64,000 nt of DNA from Phoronis australis. Lineage: Eukaryota; Animalia; Phoronida. The notes below the pieces were generated by a model. It saw only the letters and a program-made list of their open reading frames with translations. It searched no databases and had not been told where the DNA came from. Position 1 is the first letter of the stretch. Each line of letters opens with the position of its first letter. The stretch is taken from NCBI GenBank assembly GCA_002633005.1, contig NMRA01000036.1, forward strand, positions 919,656 through 983,655, in the 5' to 3' direction. The translations under genes and the position numbers were made by a program. Shown here piece by piece: positions 49,082 through 62,500 of the stretch.

Positions 49082-49250
49082 TATATATGGACACATAATG
49101 CTGTTATCCCTGTCAGTCTGTCTATATGTGGACACATAATGCTGTTATCCCTGTCACTCCGTCTATATGTGGACACATAATGCTGTTATCCCTGTCACTC
49201 CGTCTATATGTGGACACATAATGCTGTTATCCCTGTCACTCCGTCTATAT
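49082..49250 (+). repeat. 4 x 41-bp tandem repeat derived from a HINE 5' end
   Basis: TATATGTGGACACATAATGCTGTTATCCCTGTCACTCCGTC; GGACAC at 49089, 49130, 49171 and 49212. Confidence 0.9.
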
Positions 49251-49429
49251 GGCATCCACTGCTGTATTTCCAAAACCCTTGGATATATGCTAATGAAATT
49301 TGGCTTTGATGGATGTGACGGCATGAATGAAGGATATGCATACTGGTGCAACCCCTATTGGCAATTTTAGTTTCATTGTTACATTTACATCAGTTCTTAA
49401 AAGACAAGAATTAAAACCTAATACTGGTC

Positions 49430-49595
49430 GTACATTTCAACTGAGCAACAGTATGTCCTCATCTCTAGGACTTTCACTAGCTAGTGCCGTGGTGGTGTTC
49501 GGCTGATGACGTAATCTGTGTGGAATGAAACGCAGCATGTGATCTCATGCCAAGATCCAAAATGCATACACCACTGATGTCAAATGAATGTCCTG
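49430..49595 (-). mobile_element. Second fragment of the Penelope-like element
   Basis: Similar to 30975-31050 and 31161-31200 (GGACTTTCACTAGC..GTGGTGGTGTTC; CAAGATCCAA.ATGC..AC..CACTG.TGTCAAATGAATG). Confidence 0.6.
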
Positions 49596-50649
49596 CAGTC
49601 ACGATATGAGTGAAAGTTTCTGACAGTTGAATTTGAAAGATTTGTTATTCTGTTGAAGGGAGCTTATAATCTTTAACAAAAGAAGCAAGAGATGGTCATC
49701 TGTTCCGGTGATGGCTGCAGAGTGGTACAGGTACGTCAACTTTCGGGTAATGACTTGGTCGTGGGACACGGCAAGCATGCACCCCAACGTTAATCAGACC
49801 ATTGAACTTCAAAGAGAACTTTTATTTTACGACTAAACTACAATGTAGTTTGCTAGTTCTGTAGCCTCAAGATGGTGTTTTCAAGCAATTTCTTTGAACC
49901 AAATTCTTATGTTACATGTGTTTACAAGCTAGGACATAACATATTCAACATACCATAGATACCCCTGTGTGACATCCTTGACGGTTCAGAAAGATTGCTT
50001 AGAAGCGCTCTTGACCTAGTTGATCAGTTTTCGAAGACTTCAATTCTAATTTTGACTTTAGAAAAAACAACTTGTATCAGATAATTCAAGGATGAAATAT
50101 GCTTTAAATGGCCCAGTTTAAAATTTACGATGCTTGAGATTGTTTTTCTACTGACATTCAAGAAATAAATGATATAATTTTAACCTTAAATTCTCTTGGT
50201 TGATATCAAAATGGAAATCATAGGACGGTAAAACAAAAATTAAGTGCTCTTGGAAAAATTACTGAGTGTTAATAAAATCATTGCTCCTTCCAAGGTTTAT
50301 TTATGTTCTGTCGTGTTTGCCAATCCCCAATGACATGTTTTCTAAAAATTTGGAAAAAAATGTTCCTTAATTACTTTTTGGGGGAACATATGGTAGAATT
50401 GGTCGTAAAACCATAATTCAATTGTAACAGTACGAGTTAGGTGGATTCAAAATGATAGCCATTTATTCTTTTGTAAGATTACATGGATGCATAGGATCCT
50501 GAAATACAGTTTCTGTCACAGATTTTAGGGCATGGGCATGTCTGGTATGAAACACTGATTTAAAATCACTGGTAACTACTATAGCCATGCTGCCACCCAA
50601 ACTAGCAATCATTTTGGATGAAAATATAATGTTTGATTTTGTTTAAACA

Positions 50650-51278
50650 GTGTTCACATATTATGTCATCACTGGAGAGTGAGGGTTTGGAAAAGATGAT
50701 GGTTTATGATGGGGTGGGGAGTAAACTTATGGTGATGTCATCACAGTACACATCGTTGGGAAACTGGTTCATCTTCTAGCGGAATTAATTCCCAAACTGC
50801 AACCTGTCATTTCACACTTCCAATATTTGGTGATATTGGTGATATTTCACCTGAGGCTTATGAACCTGTTCACTGACAAACACAAGCCCCACTCCATCAC
50901 TGCCTGTCACTGACAACCATCACTGTGACATAGTGCTTAGGGCATGATCAGGACATCCAGCGACACTCGTGATCATGTTTTGCAGGGAATGGTACTTGCA
51001 TTGTGAGCTTGTTGATCATATATGCAGGGTTGTGACAGCATTTTTGTTTCTGCATTTAATTTATTACTTTACCTTAAATGTGCCAGAATTGTTTTACTGT
51101 GCTTCCATACTGTACCTCAAGTTTCATAGTTAAACCTCAAATTTGGCTGCAATGACGTAATGAGAGGCTGGACAGGAAGGGGGGGGGGTATCCGCGGAAG
51201 GTTATGTCATGGTGAGGAGTGATGATGGAGGGGGTAAAAGTGGCAAACTTTGGACGATGCAGTATGTGAACACACCCT
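50650..51278. mobile_element. Harbinger-type MITE
   Basis: Terminal inverted repeats GTGTTCACATATTATGTCATC and GATGCAGTATGTGAACAC, with G-rich subterminal tracts. Confidence 0.5.
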
Positions 51279-52027
51279 TGTAACTCCAAGATTGATAGAT
51301 AAACGCTGTTTTGGAAGAATTGGTATGAAAAACATATTAGTTACATCTTAGATCTACTGGTCGAGGATGGACTTTTGTTGTCATGGCATTTGGTTTTTGT
51401 AAAAAGCTCAATTTTACACCAATGTTGCTTGCTGTCAATGGAAAAAATAAAGAGAATTTTCCATTCTGTACAGCTTTATGCCATTTGTAAATTATTGTTT
51501 GCAGATAAAAAGGGACAAAATATGTATAAAATAATCTCTTTGAAACGAATTAAAATGTATCCTTTACAGACAAGTTATGGTATTTTTAACCAATCCGCTT
51601 TATTGTAACAAAATTGACATTTTTTCATTGATATATAATAACCTAATTGTAAGTATAATTCAAGTTATTTAAATCGACAGATTGTGTGTGTGTGAATGAG
51701 TGTATGAAAGTCCTTCCCCTTTCCTCTATCACTGTTATATAATAATTGTGTGTTAATTGTACTCCTAATCACTACGAGTTATTTTCAAAATACTTATTTG
51801 TCTTGTATGATGCATCCTTACTTATGTTGTAAGGATATGTTGCTGGAGTCACCCAACCCCAGCCATGTTCATTATTGATATGATTTCTGGGTAAATAAAT
51901 TATTAAAAAAATACATTCTTTTATTCCTGAACAATTTACGCATTCTTACATTTTCATTTTGATGGATTTTATGTTCTTCATAGTTTTATTCTTAGTAAGT
52001 ATATTGAAATGTTGACTTTTCTTCCAG

Positions 52028-52080
52028 AAGGAAGATTTTTACACAGGAGGAGGCAGTTGGGACGTGGCCTAGTTGGATAA
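52028..52080 (+). CDS. CCDC57: Candidate terminal coding exon of CCDC57 (EGRFLHRRRQLGRGLVG*)
   Basis: Strong acceptor ttgacttttcttccag| with phase matching exon 19. No homology support, and it overlaps a SINE head. Confidence 0.3.
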
Positions 52081-52250
52081 TTGTTGCTTCCTCTGCTCAA
52101 TATCGTGGGTTCAAGTCACATTGCTAGTCTCCAGCTCCTCAGCTATTTGTAAAGCATAAAAATGGTTCCAGCCAATCAGTGCAATGGGTCCACATGAGCA
52201 GCCTGCGCACATCTGGTGCAACGTGAACCAGAATGCCTGCAATTATTTTT
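52049..52250 (+). mobile_element. tRNA-derived SINE (same family as 44904-45140)
   Basis: A box GTGGCCTAGTTGG, B box GGTTCAAGTC, shared 3' core. Confidence 0.7.
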
Positions 52251-53594
52251 ATAAGATATTACACAAAATCATAGACTGTTACTTGAGCTTAAGCTGTTGG
52301 TTTACTGAATACATTTATGCTGAGAAGAACTATATCATTGCTGTGCTGTAGGTGTCTTAAGGACACCAAATCCTGTGTGTGGTGCTAATATCAAGCAAAA
52401 TTTTGAAAAGCTCTCATAATCTCTCATCTCTCTTAATTTCAAAAGGTTGTTACCAAACCTTTTTGACCTATGAACAGATGATTAAAAACGACTTTCCCAT
52501 CCAGTTCCCTGAAACAAAATAATCATTTTGTAACCCTTGATAACCTTCAAAAGTTTGGATCAAAATTTTTAAAAATTCATTTCAAAGTCTGCTAATTGGG
52601 AAAGCGTGACCTATGCTTTAGGTGAGTTACAAAACAATTGTAGAGAAAGACCATCCACCAAGAACCATGATATCCAATCTGTGCTTTTATAATTCAAGGG
52701 GTGTCTATATTGCCTTAGCATGTGGCAGATCTAGATCTGAAGGTCACAAAACAGGGTTTAGTACCCTTGATGGTGATCAGGTGATTTCAAAGGTAATTGA
52801 CAACCTTTGTCACCAAGGATCAAATTTCTCAACAACCTTTTAACATTGACTGCCAAGGAATACCGAAGACTCCAGTGTAACTGCTCACGCAAATTTATGG
52901 CACTGCTTCATCAAAGTTTTGCTGCTTTTATGGATTTCTAAAACTTAAAGGTTACATTATGTAGAGGATGTAAAAGATTTTGTTGCTCTTTGTCATTTTT
53001 TGCTTAAACTGTATTTAAATTTTATTTCCCTGTTTATTGACTTTGTTACGCTGACGGATTTTAGCATCAGTTGTTTATTACATTAAATTATGTCTAATTA
53101 TTTAGTAAATGTACTAATATTTTTGATGCCTCATGTGTTTTCTATTAAATATGAAAAAATAGGGGTTCATTTATTTGAGCTATTTTAGCTTGAACAGCGT
53201 CACATAAAAAAAGTGCTCCTATTTCAATCACGATAGCCCGTCACATTACATTAGTCGAGATTAGGTTATGTTGCAGGTTACCAAATAGATTTTATTGCCA
53301 TCAGCAAACTAGAACGAGAATTTATACCTTTTGAATGTTTTCGGTCTCCTTGATCTGTCGGCCACCCCCAAACTGATGACTGTTGGACACCCAGATGTGT
53401 GACATCATGATCGGATTGGGCGGAGCTAGAAACCTGGTTCTTCTGTAGATTGGCAATTGTCCAGTTGGAATTGTCCCACATCCCTATTCTTGCTTGTATT
53501 GCCCATTTTTTTATGTAAATACTTCTCTCATGCACCTTGTAAATTTGTTGCTATCATTGTCCAGAATGGAGACATTGTGCAAGTCAGTCAAAGG

Positions 53595-53862
53595 ATTGTT
53601 TTGCAACGCATGGTCCATTATAGCTGATTTGTATACAGTGTGCTCAGACATTTTTTTTTATTTATGTATTCGTATATAATCATTGTATATAGACTTCTTT
53701 GTATTTTTTTACCCAGATCTAATGCCTCTTGGCGCTTTCTGGGTTATGTATATTCATTGTATTCTGAAGATTTTGTAATAAACATTAAAAAAATGAAAAA
53801 AAAAATTGTTTTGCAACGCATGGTCCATTATAGCTGATTTGTATACAGTGTGCTCAGACATT
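53595..53862. repeat. 58-bp exact direct repeat flanking a 152-bp A-tailed insert
   Basis: 53595-53652 is identical to 53805-53862; the insert has AATAAA at 53777 and a terminal A-run. Confidence 0.8.
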
Positions 53863-55579
53863 CTTCGTTGACACCGAGTGTAGTAATTGTGATTTTCCTG
53901 CACGAGATCCTTGCAAATGGTGCGCAGTGTGCGGATCAAAGAGGTCAAAAACCTTCATGAGGTATAAACTTTTCGTCTACGCCAAAAGAATTTTTAGTAA
54001 ACATATTTATTCTGGTCGGATGAATTTATTTGGTACTTAGATATCTACAGCAGACTGCGTTAATGCCCAGTCTTGTGTTAATGCCAATCTTCAACGGTAA
54101 CACTACTTTGTAAATTTGGTTCCTACAGTATTTTAAGAGCATCACTCTGAGCCCACTAGTGCCATAAATTGCCACATGTAACGAACTGTTAGACATATTG
54201 GCTTGCTTTTGTCTACGTCACCGCGAGAATCACCTTTTAATTCAAACAGCTGGAAATAACACCCGCACGCAATAGTGCTCTATTCAGATCCCTATTCAAT
54301 ACAACCTTTTGTTGGTTGTGCTGGTATCTCGCTGTGATGCAACATGGCACGAAAAGGCAGTTTCACTTATTTGACAGGCTCACAATTGAACTCGCATTTT
54401 CTTACTAAGGCTTTGCTAGGACTATCTGGTTAGCCCAATTCATCTAAAATAACAAAGTTCCGTTGCAGTTAGGCTTTAAGTTTTGTAAAATTTGGAGTCT
54501 TGCTATTAAGTGCTTCAGTAAGAAAAGCTCAATGCAAAATCAAAAATAATATTCAAATGCTTTATAAACTAGCTAATCTGGCACTATCAACTAAATAATT
54601 AAGGAAAAAGTTAAAGATAAAATCGGTCATGGAAACCACTAAATATTTTCATGCGAAGCATGGCAACATCAAGAGATGTGGACGAAAACAACCAAAAAAC
54701 TCGAGATTGTATTAAATTTACAAAAAAACAACAAAAGCATAGATGGGAATTGAAATATAGAAAGGCAATTTTGCTGCTGGTTTCACATCAATAAGAATAT
54801 CTGATTCAGTAACTTTTCCCAAAGAATTCCAAGAATAGTATTTTTTTGAATATTGTTGCGAAAAGATTTGTGATGAACAGGGAGTTGTTCGTAGGAAATA
54901 CACTATGTTGATCAGGAGTATGATTTTGATGCCTGTGAACAGCGTACATTGTGTAAACATTAAAATTTGATGCAACCAAATGATCACAAACACGAGTTTC
55001 TGTGATTTTTAGGGTTCAAGTTTAACTCTGTGAAACGACATTACAATTGAATTGAATCAGAATTCAAGTTCATTCAATTAAACACCAAAATTATCTTGGA
55101 GGACGGTCCCCAAGTTAGGTGAACTTAGTCAAATTAATTTGTGTACCCAACCTTACAATGAGAAACAGACATAACAAAAATAAGTAAACTCCATTGTTTT
55201 GCCTGTGCAGCCAATTTCGTGTGAGCCGACATCTGCCAAGATGATACTTGTCTGGACCCTTTCAGCAACGCCCAACACCATCATGTCTGTATTTTTGCAT
55301 TCCTTAATACCATGAATTGTCAAACAATATTTACGTTTACTGTTCACTACTACCAAGCTCTTGTCTCCATTTTAGCTCCGAGTACATGCAGCTAAACATT
55401 CTGACATGTATGAACCAGATGAACTCACTAAACCTATGATCTCTTAAAGGTGCAATCAACCAAACATCAGACAAAAGAACTTTTTATTTAGGCCAAATGC
55501 CTCAAATGACAGAAATATGTGCCCGAATAAGCAAAATCTGTAATTTCATACGATCAGTCAGTTCATGCGAGAATCCATT

Positions 55580-56002
55580 GGCTGGTTGCACGAAACAGTA
55601 CCAAATACGAGCTCAACTAAGTTTCCTAAATATTTGTTTTGTTCTTTAATCACAGAATGCAATATTTTTCTATCATTTTTATTACCTTTATTATGAGGCT
55701 CCCTTTGACTACTGACATTTTCTCATCAACTAAAAACTGAGCCCTTAATTCAATCAAAATCATCAGGAAGTTAGTCCTTAACTGGGGGCGTGTCATGAAA
55801 AAATCCCTACTTATTTTCAATAACATTGAAAATTCAACGTAGAGTTCACTCTCAATTTGTATCAAAGTAAAAAATTCACATAGTAATCACATTTAACAGC
55901 ATAAGATAGGACAATCGGGGGGTTTTCACAAGACTACAAATACGCGATAGATTTAGGGAACTTAGTTGAGTCCCTATTTGGGTCTGTTTCATGCAACCAG
56001 GC
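55580..56002. mobile_element. MITE with TIRs of about 52 bp, downstream of the TSC2 stop
   Basis: GGCTGGTTGCACGAAACAGTACCAAATACGAGCTCAACTAAGTTTCCTAAAT pairs with ATTTAGGGAACTTAGTTGAGTCCCTATTTGGGTCTGTTTCATGCAACCAGGC. Confidence 0.75.
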
Positions 56003-56338
56003 TCAATAAGTAAGCTCAACCAGGTGCAGACCATGGTCTTAAACAATGATTAAATATACAGTAGGTTTTTCCTAGGCCCAAATGCCTGTTCCATAGACAT
56101 AGTACACTTATAGAAAAACACAAGATGCCAAGTTTTATGAGATATTGCCATGCATATCAAATGAAGCGCACCAACTTTACTCACAAGAGTTTTTTCATCT
56201 CATCGCACTCAGCCTGGAATTTACTTCTCATAATCTCAGTGAAGATCAAATTGAAATCAAGCATTATGTAACAATAAGCCAAGTTATTTTCTTGACAGAA
56301 GGCAGCTTCACAGCAGAAACCAAACAAAATACTACACA

Positions 56339-56506
56339 TCAAACAAACTCTGTAAAGTCTCCTGCCAAATGCTCTTTGTTTTCATGACTATTAGTTTGCA
56401 ATACTTTGTTTCGAATTCGTTTTATCTGTCTCAGTCTCTCCAGCCAGTTAGAAGCATAAGGGTCTTTTGGGTTCGCCTTCTGTGTTACCAGCACATGTGC
56501 AGCCAA
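56339..56506 (-). CDS. TSC2: TSC2 terminal coding exon
   Basis: ctttgcag|[55 protein letters not shown]. Confidence 0.94.
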   Translation of the reverse strand: MAAHVLVTQKANPKDPYASNWLERLRQIKRIRNKVLQTNSHENKEHLAGDFTEFV

Positions 56507-59500
56507 CTGCAAAGCAGAAAAATTAAATTACCATAAACTTTCGGGTTAACGCCCATGCTCTCGTAAAGCTCTCGTATTTTGAAACTCACTGAAAGATGCC
56601 AAATTCTCACTATTTTGATGAATGTAACTGCCGGGTCATAGAGGATATATGGCGACCGAAGGGACATTGTGCCTCACTGGGTTAACGATTTGCTACCTCT
56701 CGATTTCTGGATTCAGATGTTCGCAATAAGTTACTATATATTTGTGTATCATCTTGAAGTAAGTATTAAAAAGTCAAGTCAAACTTTGTTTTTCACTTAT
56801 TGCATCTCAGTCGAACTGGCGTTAGCAGATTTAACTAATGTCGCTGGCTGTCACGGTTTTTAACTACAATTTCTTGCGTCAACCCCCACCTCCCACCTAA
56901 GTGTGACTGTGTGAATTATCATTTCCACATTCCCATTTTAGCCATCCAGAATAATTAAGTTTCTACATTGGCCAATTTCAGCCTGAACAAAAATTCTTAC
57001 CGTTAGTCTGAAATATCTACGACACAGACTGACTGAAAATTGGCGATAGTGGGTAGGAGGTGCACGCAGCTAGCTACAGGCATAGCACATCGGGCCCAAG
57101 GAACATCGAGCCGCGAAATATCGGAATAGATTTGACATCGCAGTTTTGAGGAACATTGGACCGGAGGAATATTGTAAAGCCCTGGGTCTTTCGTATCAAA
57201 AGTCACACCCGTTTCTTTTACTTAGGACTGTCGCTGCATGTTCTCTTTTGATGTGCGACGAAGTAAGATTGAAGATTTGAAGTAAGATTTAACAGTGGCA
57301 TGGGCTGCCCTAGTGATACCATCTAAATTCAACCAGGATTTTTTGAGATATCAAGAGGACAACTTGACACTAGGTGTATGTAGGCGCATAACAAAAAAAC
57401 ACATAATGTATATTTTATCCAATAATCAGACCTAATGGTGGCAACCAGTGCATGATTGAAATGGCCTCAAAAACGAATAACTTTGGCGTGCATTCCTTCA
57501 TTTTTGTCATGGTCACATATTAGTTGAACAACCAACAAGATACCAAAACAACACTTACATTAGCATGTAGTGCCATCTGCCTGACGAGCACAGCGAGGTT
57601 GGCATCGGAGATGACCTTGGTGTCCAAGTGACCTATGATGTTAGCTATGTCTGTAATATAACAAGTATACATCAGATGTAACCTCTAAGTATGGTATCCA
57701 GGTCTTCACAATCGGTCAAGCTGTATCTTCAAGTAAAATGCAAATAAGACCAAAAATAGCATAGTCATAATAGGGCAACTTCAGAGGTTTTGCTCACATT
57801 AGGGCAGTGCGACCAAGTCAGATATAGGTTGGAATTCGCGTTAGCAGTCGTGGATGGCAATAACACAAAGCGCCAGCAACTTGATAATTCTCTAATAAAG
57901 GTGACAGTTGGTTCTAGCAGCAGGGCAGCAACTTAAGAATTTCACTAATTATTATTTAATATGTCACGAATTGATAAGGTAGCAGAAACCAAGTGGATGA
58001 TGCCACCATTTGGACAAGCACCACCATACCTGCCAGCATTGTCTGCTAGGATTTGATGATGAGGCCATGTTTCCCTGAGTCCCATGCACTGTCACACACG
58101 CGTTGCACGTTAGGTCAATAATTCACATTGCATACAACCACACTGAACTGTCAGCATACTAAATTGGGAACTAAAAACCGGGGTTGTCATTATAAGCTGA
58201 AGGATGAGTTTTAAAAATGAAAGTTTGTAAAGTTGAGGGTGGGTGTTTTCCAGGCGAATGGTTGATTCCGGTAAACGTATCAGACAAAAGACAAAATAAA
58301 ACATAGGAGAATACAGAATTAGTTTTTATCAAGTAAAGGTGCCGCTGAACGCAAAGCAAATAATTTTGTGAGCTAAAATTTGCATCACACGGGTGTTCAC
58401 AGTGATTTGGGCGTCAAGTAGAGCATGGGATTTATTGTACTTCTAATCATAAATTCACAAGCAGGCATTAAGCATTAGAATGGGCGTTAACTCGCACAAA
58501 TACGATAGTACAAAAATTAAAACATATTACTCTCACTGCGCTTATTTATTCAACCCATTGAAAAGCCTGCAACATGCTTTTATTTCTATTATATAACTGA
58601 TTTGAACTGCAAGACCATCATCAACATGGTTATGCTTCCATTAGCAGTCAAAGCATGTGGAATGAGATGGCATGTCATTGTAATGTTTAATAGACATGTC
58701 ATGACTGGCATGTTGCAATATCCTATTAAACACCAGTTACTACAGAATCCATTGCTAATGATCAGGTTTAGTGATATTAAGGATATTTGGGGAGGGCACT
58801 TACTGGCAAGGTACAAACTATATCCTGGAACGTGTCATGTTTCTAATGCAGCAATCCTCAATAACAACACATATGCCAATTAACTTGACACCTACCTTGT
58901 TTTGCCACTACCTTTACAGCATTGCTCTCATGGTCTAATGGGTTGATGACAATATTCACGTAGTTAAATTGACCCTACACAAAAGAAAGAGAGAGAGCGC
59001 TCATCATTAACAAATACATAAAAGTGAAGATCTGAACTAACACTTGCATACAGTCAAGCACAAGTAAAATATGCTGGATAGAAGTGTAGAGTGAAGGGAA
59101 ACTAATCAATTTGCCTTCACAGAAACCTGACTTAGAGAGAAATGGCCACAATGAAATTGCTTTTTCAAAATGTCAAAGGCAACCAAAATGATTATTTTGA
59201 CGGCTTTGTCTAATGTAATGAAATTCATCAATTTTCAAAGAGGAACACAGAAAATGGCCAGCATTTCTTTCTCCCTCATGGTACTTTACCAGCAACACTG
59301 CTACTACTATTTTGCAGTTTTGGTCTGTGAAAAATGTAACTTAAAGACCCATTGCTACTCCTCTCAAAATAGGAGTTGCACAACTCTCCTGCTAAGGGAA
59401 AGGTTAACAGCACATACTATTCAAACACGAGACCGACACAACTATGTCACCTTGTGCTTGATACCTAGAACAAGAGGCAACTCCAGTATTTGAGGAGGAG

Positions 59501-62500
59501 AGGAGTTAGTGAGAAAGGATTGCGATGGAATTGTGATAGACTGGTGTTTAGCAGGCTTTGTATAGGCAGCTTATGAAAAAATACTAAAGGAGCATTTTGA
59601 CAAACAAGTACAAATACTTCCATTTTGTGTATTAATTACAGAGCCAAAACACTAAATTTAGATGACTAAACATCAATATTTACTAGGGTTGGAACATATA
59701 AGAAGACCCAAAAGTTACATATTTGGTTAAGTTTGAATTAATCTGTATTAACACCATACAATTTGGACCAGGTGTCATGCATCTGGCAAAGTTACACCCA
59801 CTCTCTTCCATAACACCTAGTACCGCTGACTAGGATACGTAACATCTGTACTCATAGTTAGTGTATTATGATGAAACAATAAATCTACCTCATGGGGCTT
59901 ACATTGTTAAGGTAGTTTAATTCATTGGGGAGGACCCACTTAAATTTAGAAAATGTAAGGCATTTTACAAGACTAGTTTTAATGGTTTTTGTGATAAATA
60001 TGAAAAGCAATAGCAATACTTGATCCAATCAATCCAAAAGCTCAGAGGTATATTTTTTTGTAAAATGATGATTTCATTTTGGACTTGCAATGTACTACAT
60101 TTGGCATTAAAATTCCAAAGAGATAAAAGCGTTTCTTTAAGTGATACTTTATACCTCATATAATAACTTCCAGTTATAGAACACATTATTGTCAATAAAT
60201 AACTTATTTTATACGTCAATTTTCAAATAGCAGGAATCTACAGATTGAAATAGTACGGAAAGTAAGACATATTTTAAAAAATAGGGAAAGCATGAGCAGT
60301 ACAGATCCTGCTTTTAATGCAACTTTTTTCACTATATGAAGGCTTAATGCTCGCTAGTGACTGTTGTCAAGTAAAAGTGAATGCACAAACTTTGTGATGT
60401 GACTCAAAATTAGTGATTATACCAAGAAAGAATAGGAACCCAAATGACAACTACATGTGACCAGTGCCCTCTAGTAGGAAAGACTTTGACCAGTAAAAAT
60501 TTATTAATATCATTTTCTTGCAGATGTTGTAGCAGAGGTAAAACCATACTTCATTCAAACAAAAGCAACGCGGAACGCTGAAATGCGCCCACGAATGCAT
60601 CGCAAATGGTGTGCTTTTGGGGTTATTTATGTGTATCATAAAAATGGACACTAGATGGCGCAAAAACGTACAATCCATCCAAAAATGGGAGCATGCCATA
60701 TTTCATAAAAATCTGTCAAGGAACTTCAGAAAAACAAAGGAAAACAGAAGAACAAAATGAAATTGCCACTTGTGGGCACAGTGTCCATTCCATTCGCCTG
60801 AAAGTCGTCGTCTGTTATCTTCATATAAATTCACTTACTACATTTAATAAAGATCCTCCAGTGGGTTTTCGAGATACAGCTATGGGCGAAAAACAAAACA
60901 AAACTAACACTATAAGGTGCCACAGTAGTCAGTCGCCATCAGCAAACGTCCTCTTCACACTGAAAACATATACGCCAATTTTCAAAACCATCCCTAGAAT
61001 GATTTGGTTGGTCGAAGGGTGGATAAAAAAAGAGACAGCAAACAATGGCTACCAGGTGGCGCGAAATACCTCGATTCCATCCTAAAACAGGATGATAGCA
61101 TCCTCTCACCAATAGATGCCTATATTAAAATTTTATGAAAATCTATTGAGGACCTTTGAAGATACAGACTGGTAAACGTAAAAAACTAAAATTGCCACTA
61201 GGGGACACACCACTTGTCAGATCCATCCGAAAGTCGTCGTCATCCATTGTTAATGCACTTGCTAAATTAAGTAAAGAACCTGCAAGCGGTTTAATAGATA
61301 CAACCATAAACGCAAAAAAAACAAACTGCCACTAGGAGGCGCTACAGTAGTCGAACTCATCGGAAAATCGTCGTCAGCCCTCCACTTCATAGTAAAAACA
61401 TACATGTAAATTTTCACAATTATCCTGAAAGCGGTTTGGTTGATAGACGAGTGGATGCCAAAAAACAGACTCAAAAACAGTAAAAATGGCCACTAGGTGG
61501 CGCAAACTAAGTCGAATCCATCTGAAAACGGAGAGACAGCCTGACCACACTAACAGATGCCGGTATGCCATATTTTATGAAAATACCTTGAGGACCTTTG
61601 AACATACAGAGGTAAACGTAAAAAATAACATTGCCACTAGGTGGCACACTAGAGATAGAGCAGTGGACGACGGACAGACGGACGCCAGATGGACGGACGG
61701 ATGCTGGACGGACGCCAGACAGACGGACATGACGGCATAATGCGCCCACATATAAATATGTGGGCGCATAAAAATCAGGCATCTACTTCTCTTATAACTG
61801 CAACAGACTGTGCTTGAATGAATACTTGCCTTGATTGTGCCAAGCATGTAATCTTCTTCACTGTCATTGTACACAATACTGACATAGTCATTGCCAATGT
61901 GAAGTTTCTTGGCATTACAATTGGGGTCATAGGACTTGTTAGGCATCAGTGTAGCCACATGGAATATCACTGAAGCAAAGAATTACATCATGAAGATGAC
62001 CTTTCTAGAAATTTGTTAGTCACTATGCATGCACAATTTAAAGACAAGAGTCTTACACATTCACCAAATGTACATAACCTAACCATCTCACTATTGACAT
62101 CAGTTGCGAGGTAGGCCTGTCATGAGGGTTCATTAGCAGTGCAATGTTACTTCCCATAAAAAGTGGCAAGATGGCGGAATATCCTGGACTACCCAATATT
62201 TAGCGATGACGTGTCTAGATCTATAGGGATGGGAATTGGACCCGCAATAAAACTGCGGTCATGTCACATTGCCAAGAATTTCGCAGTTCTTGGATATTTT
62301 TCCCATTCAGGTGACCACAGGTAGAATCAATTTAGTACTTGAAAGTTTTTAAAAGTACAAAATTATGTGACAACTCGGTGTGCGACAACTATGATCCTGT
62401 GGAATTTAGAAGGATTACAAATGACCCACCCTGATGATAATTTTCAAATCGCTATGTAAAATATGACCTCACTTTTGTTTTCAATTCTAGCTTTTTAATT

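Noticed and set aside
49500-49540. Penelope-type hammerhead ribozyme (CTGATGA...GAAAC)
   Set aside because: The segment matches the antisense of the decayed RT region at about 31000, where the motif is absent, and stem II does not pair.
49659-49836. Alternative CCDC57 terminal exon
   Set aside because: It needs a weaker phase-2 donor and a poor acceptor, and the peptide shows no recognisable similarity.
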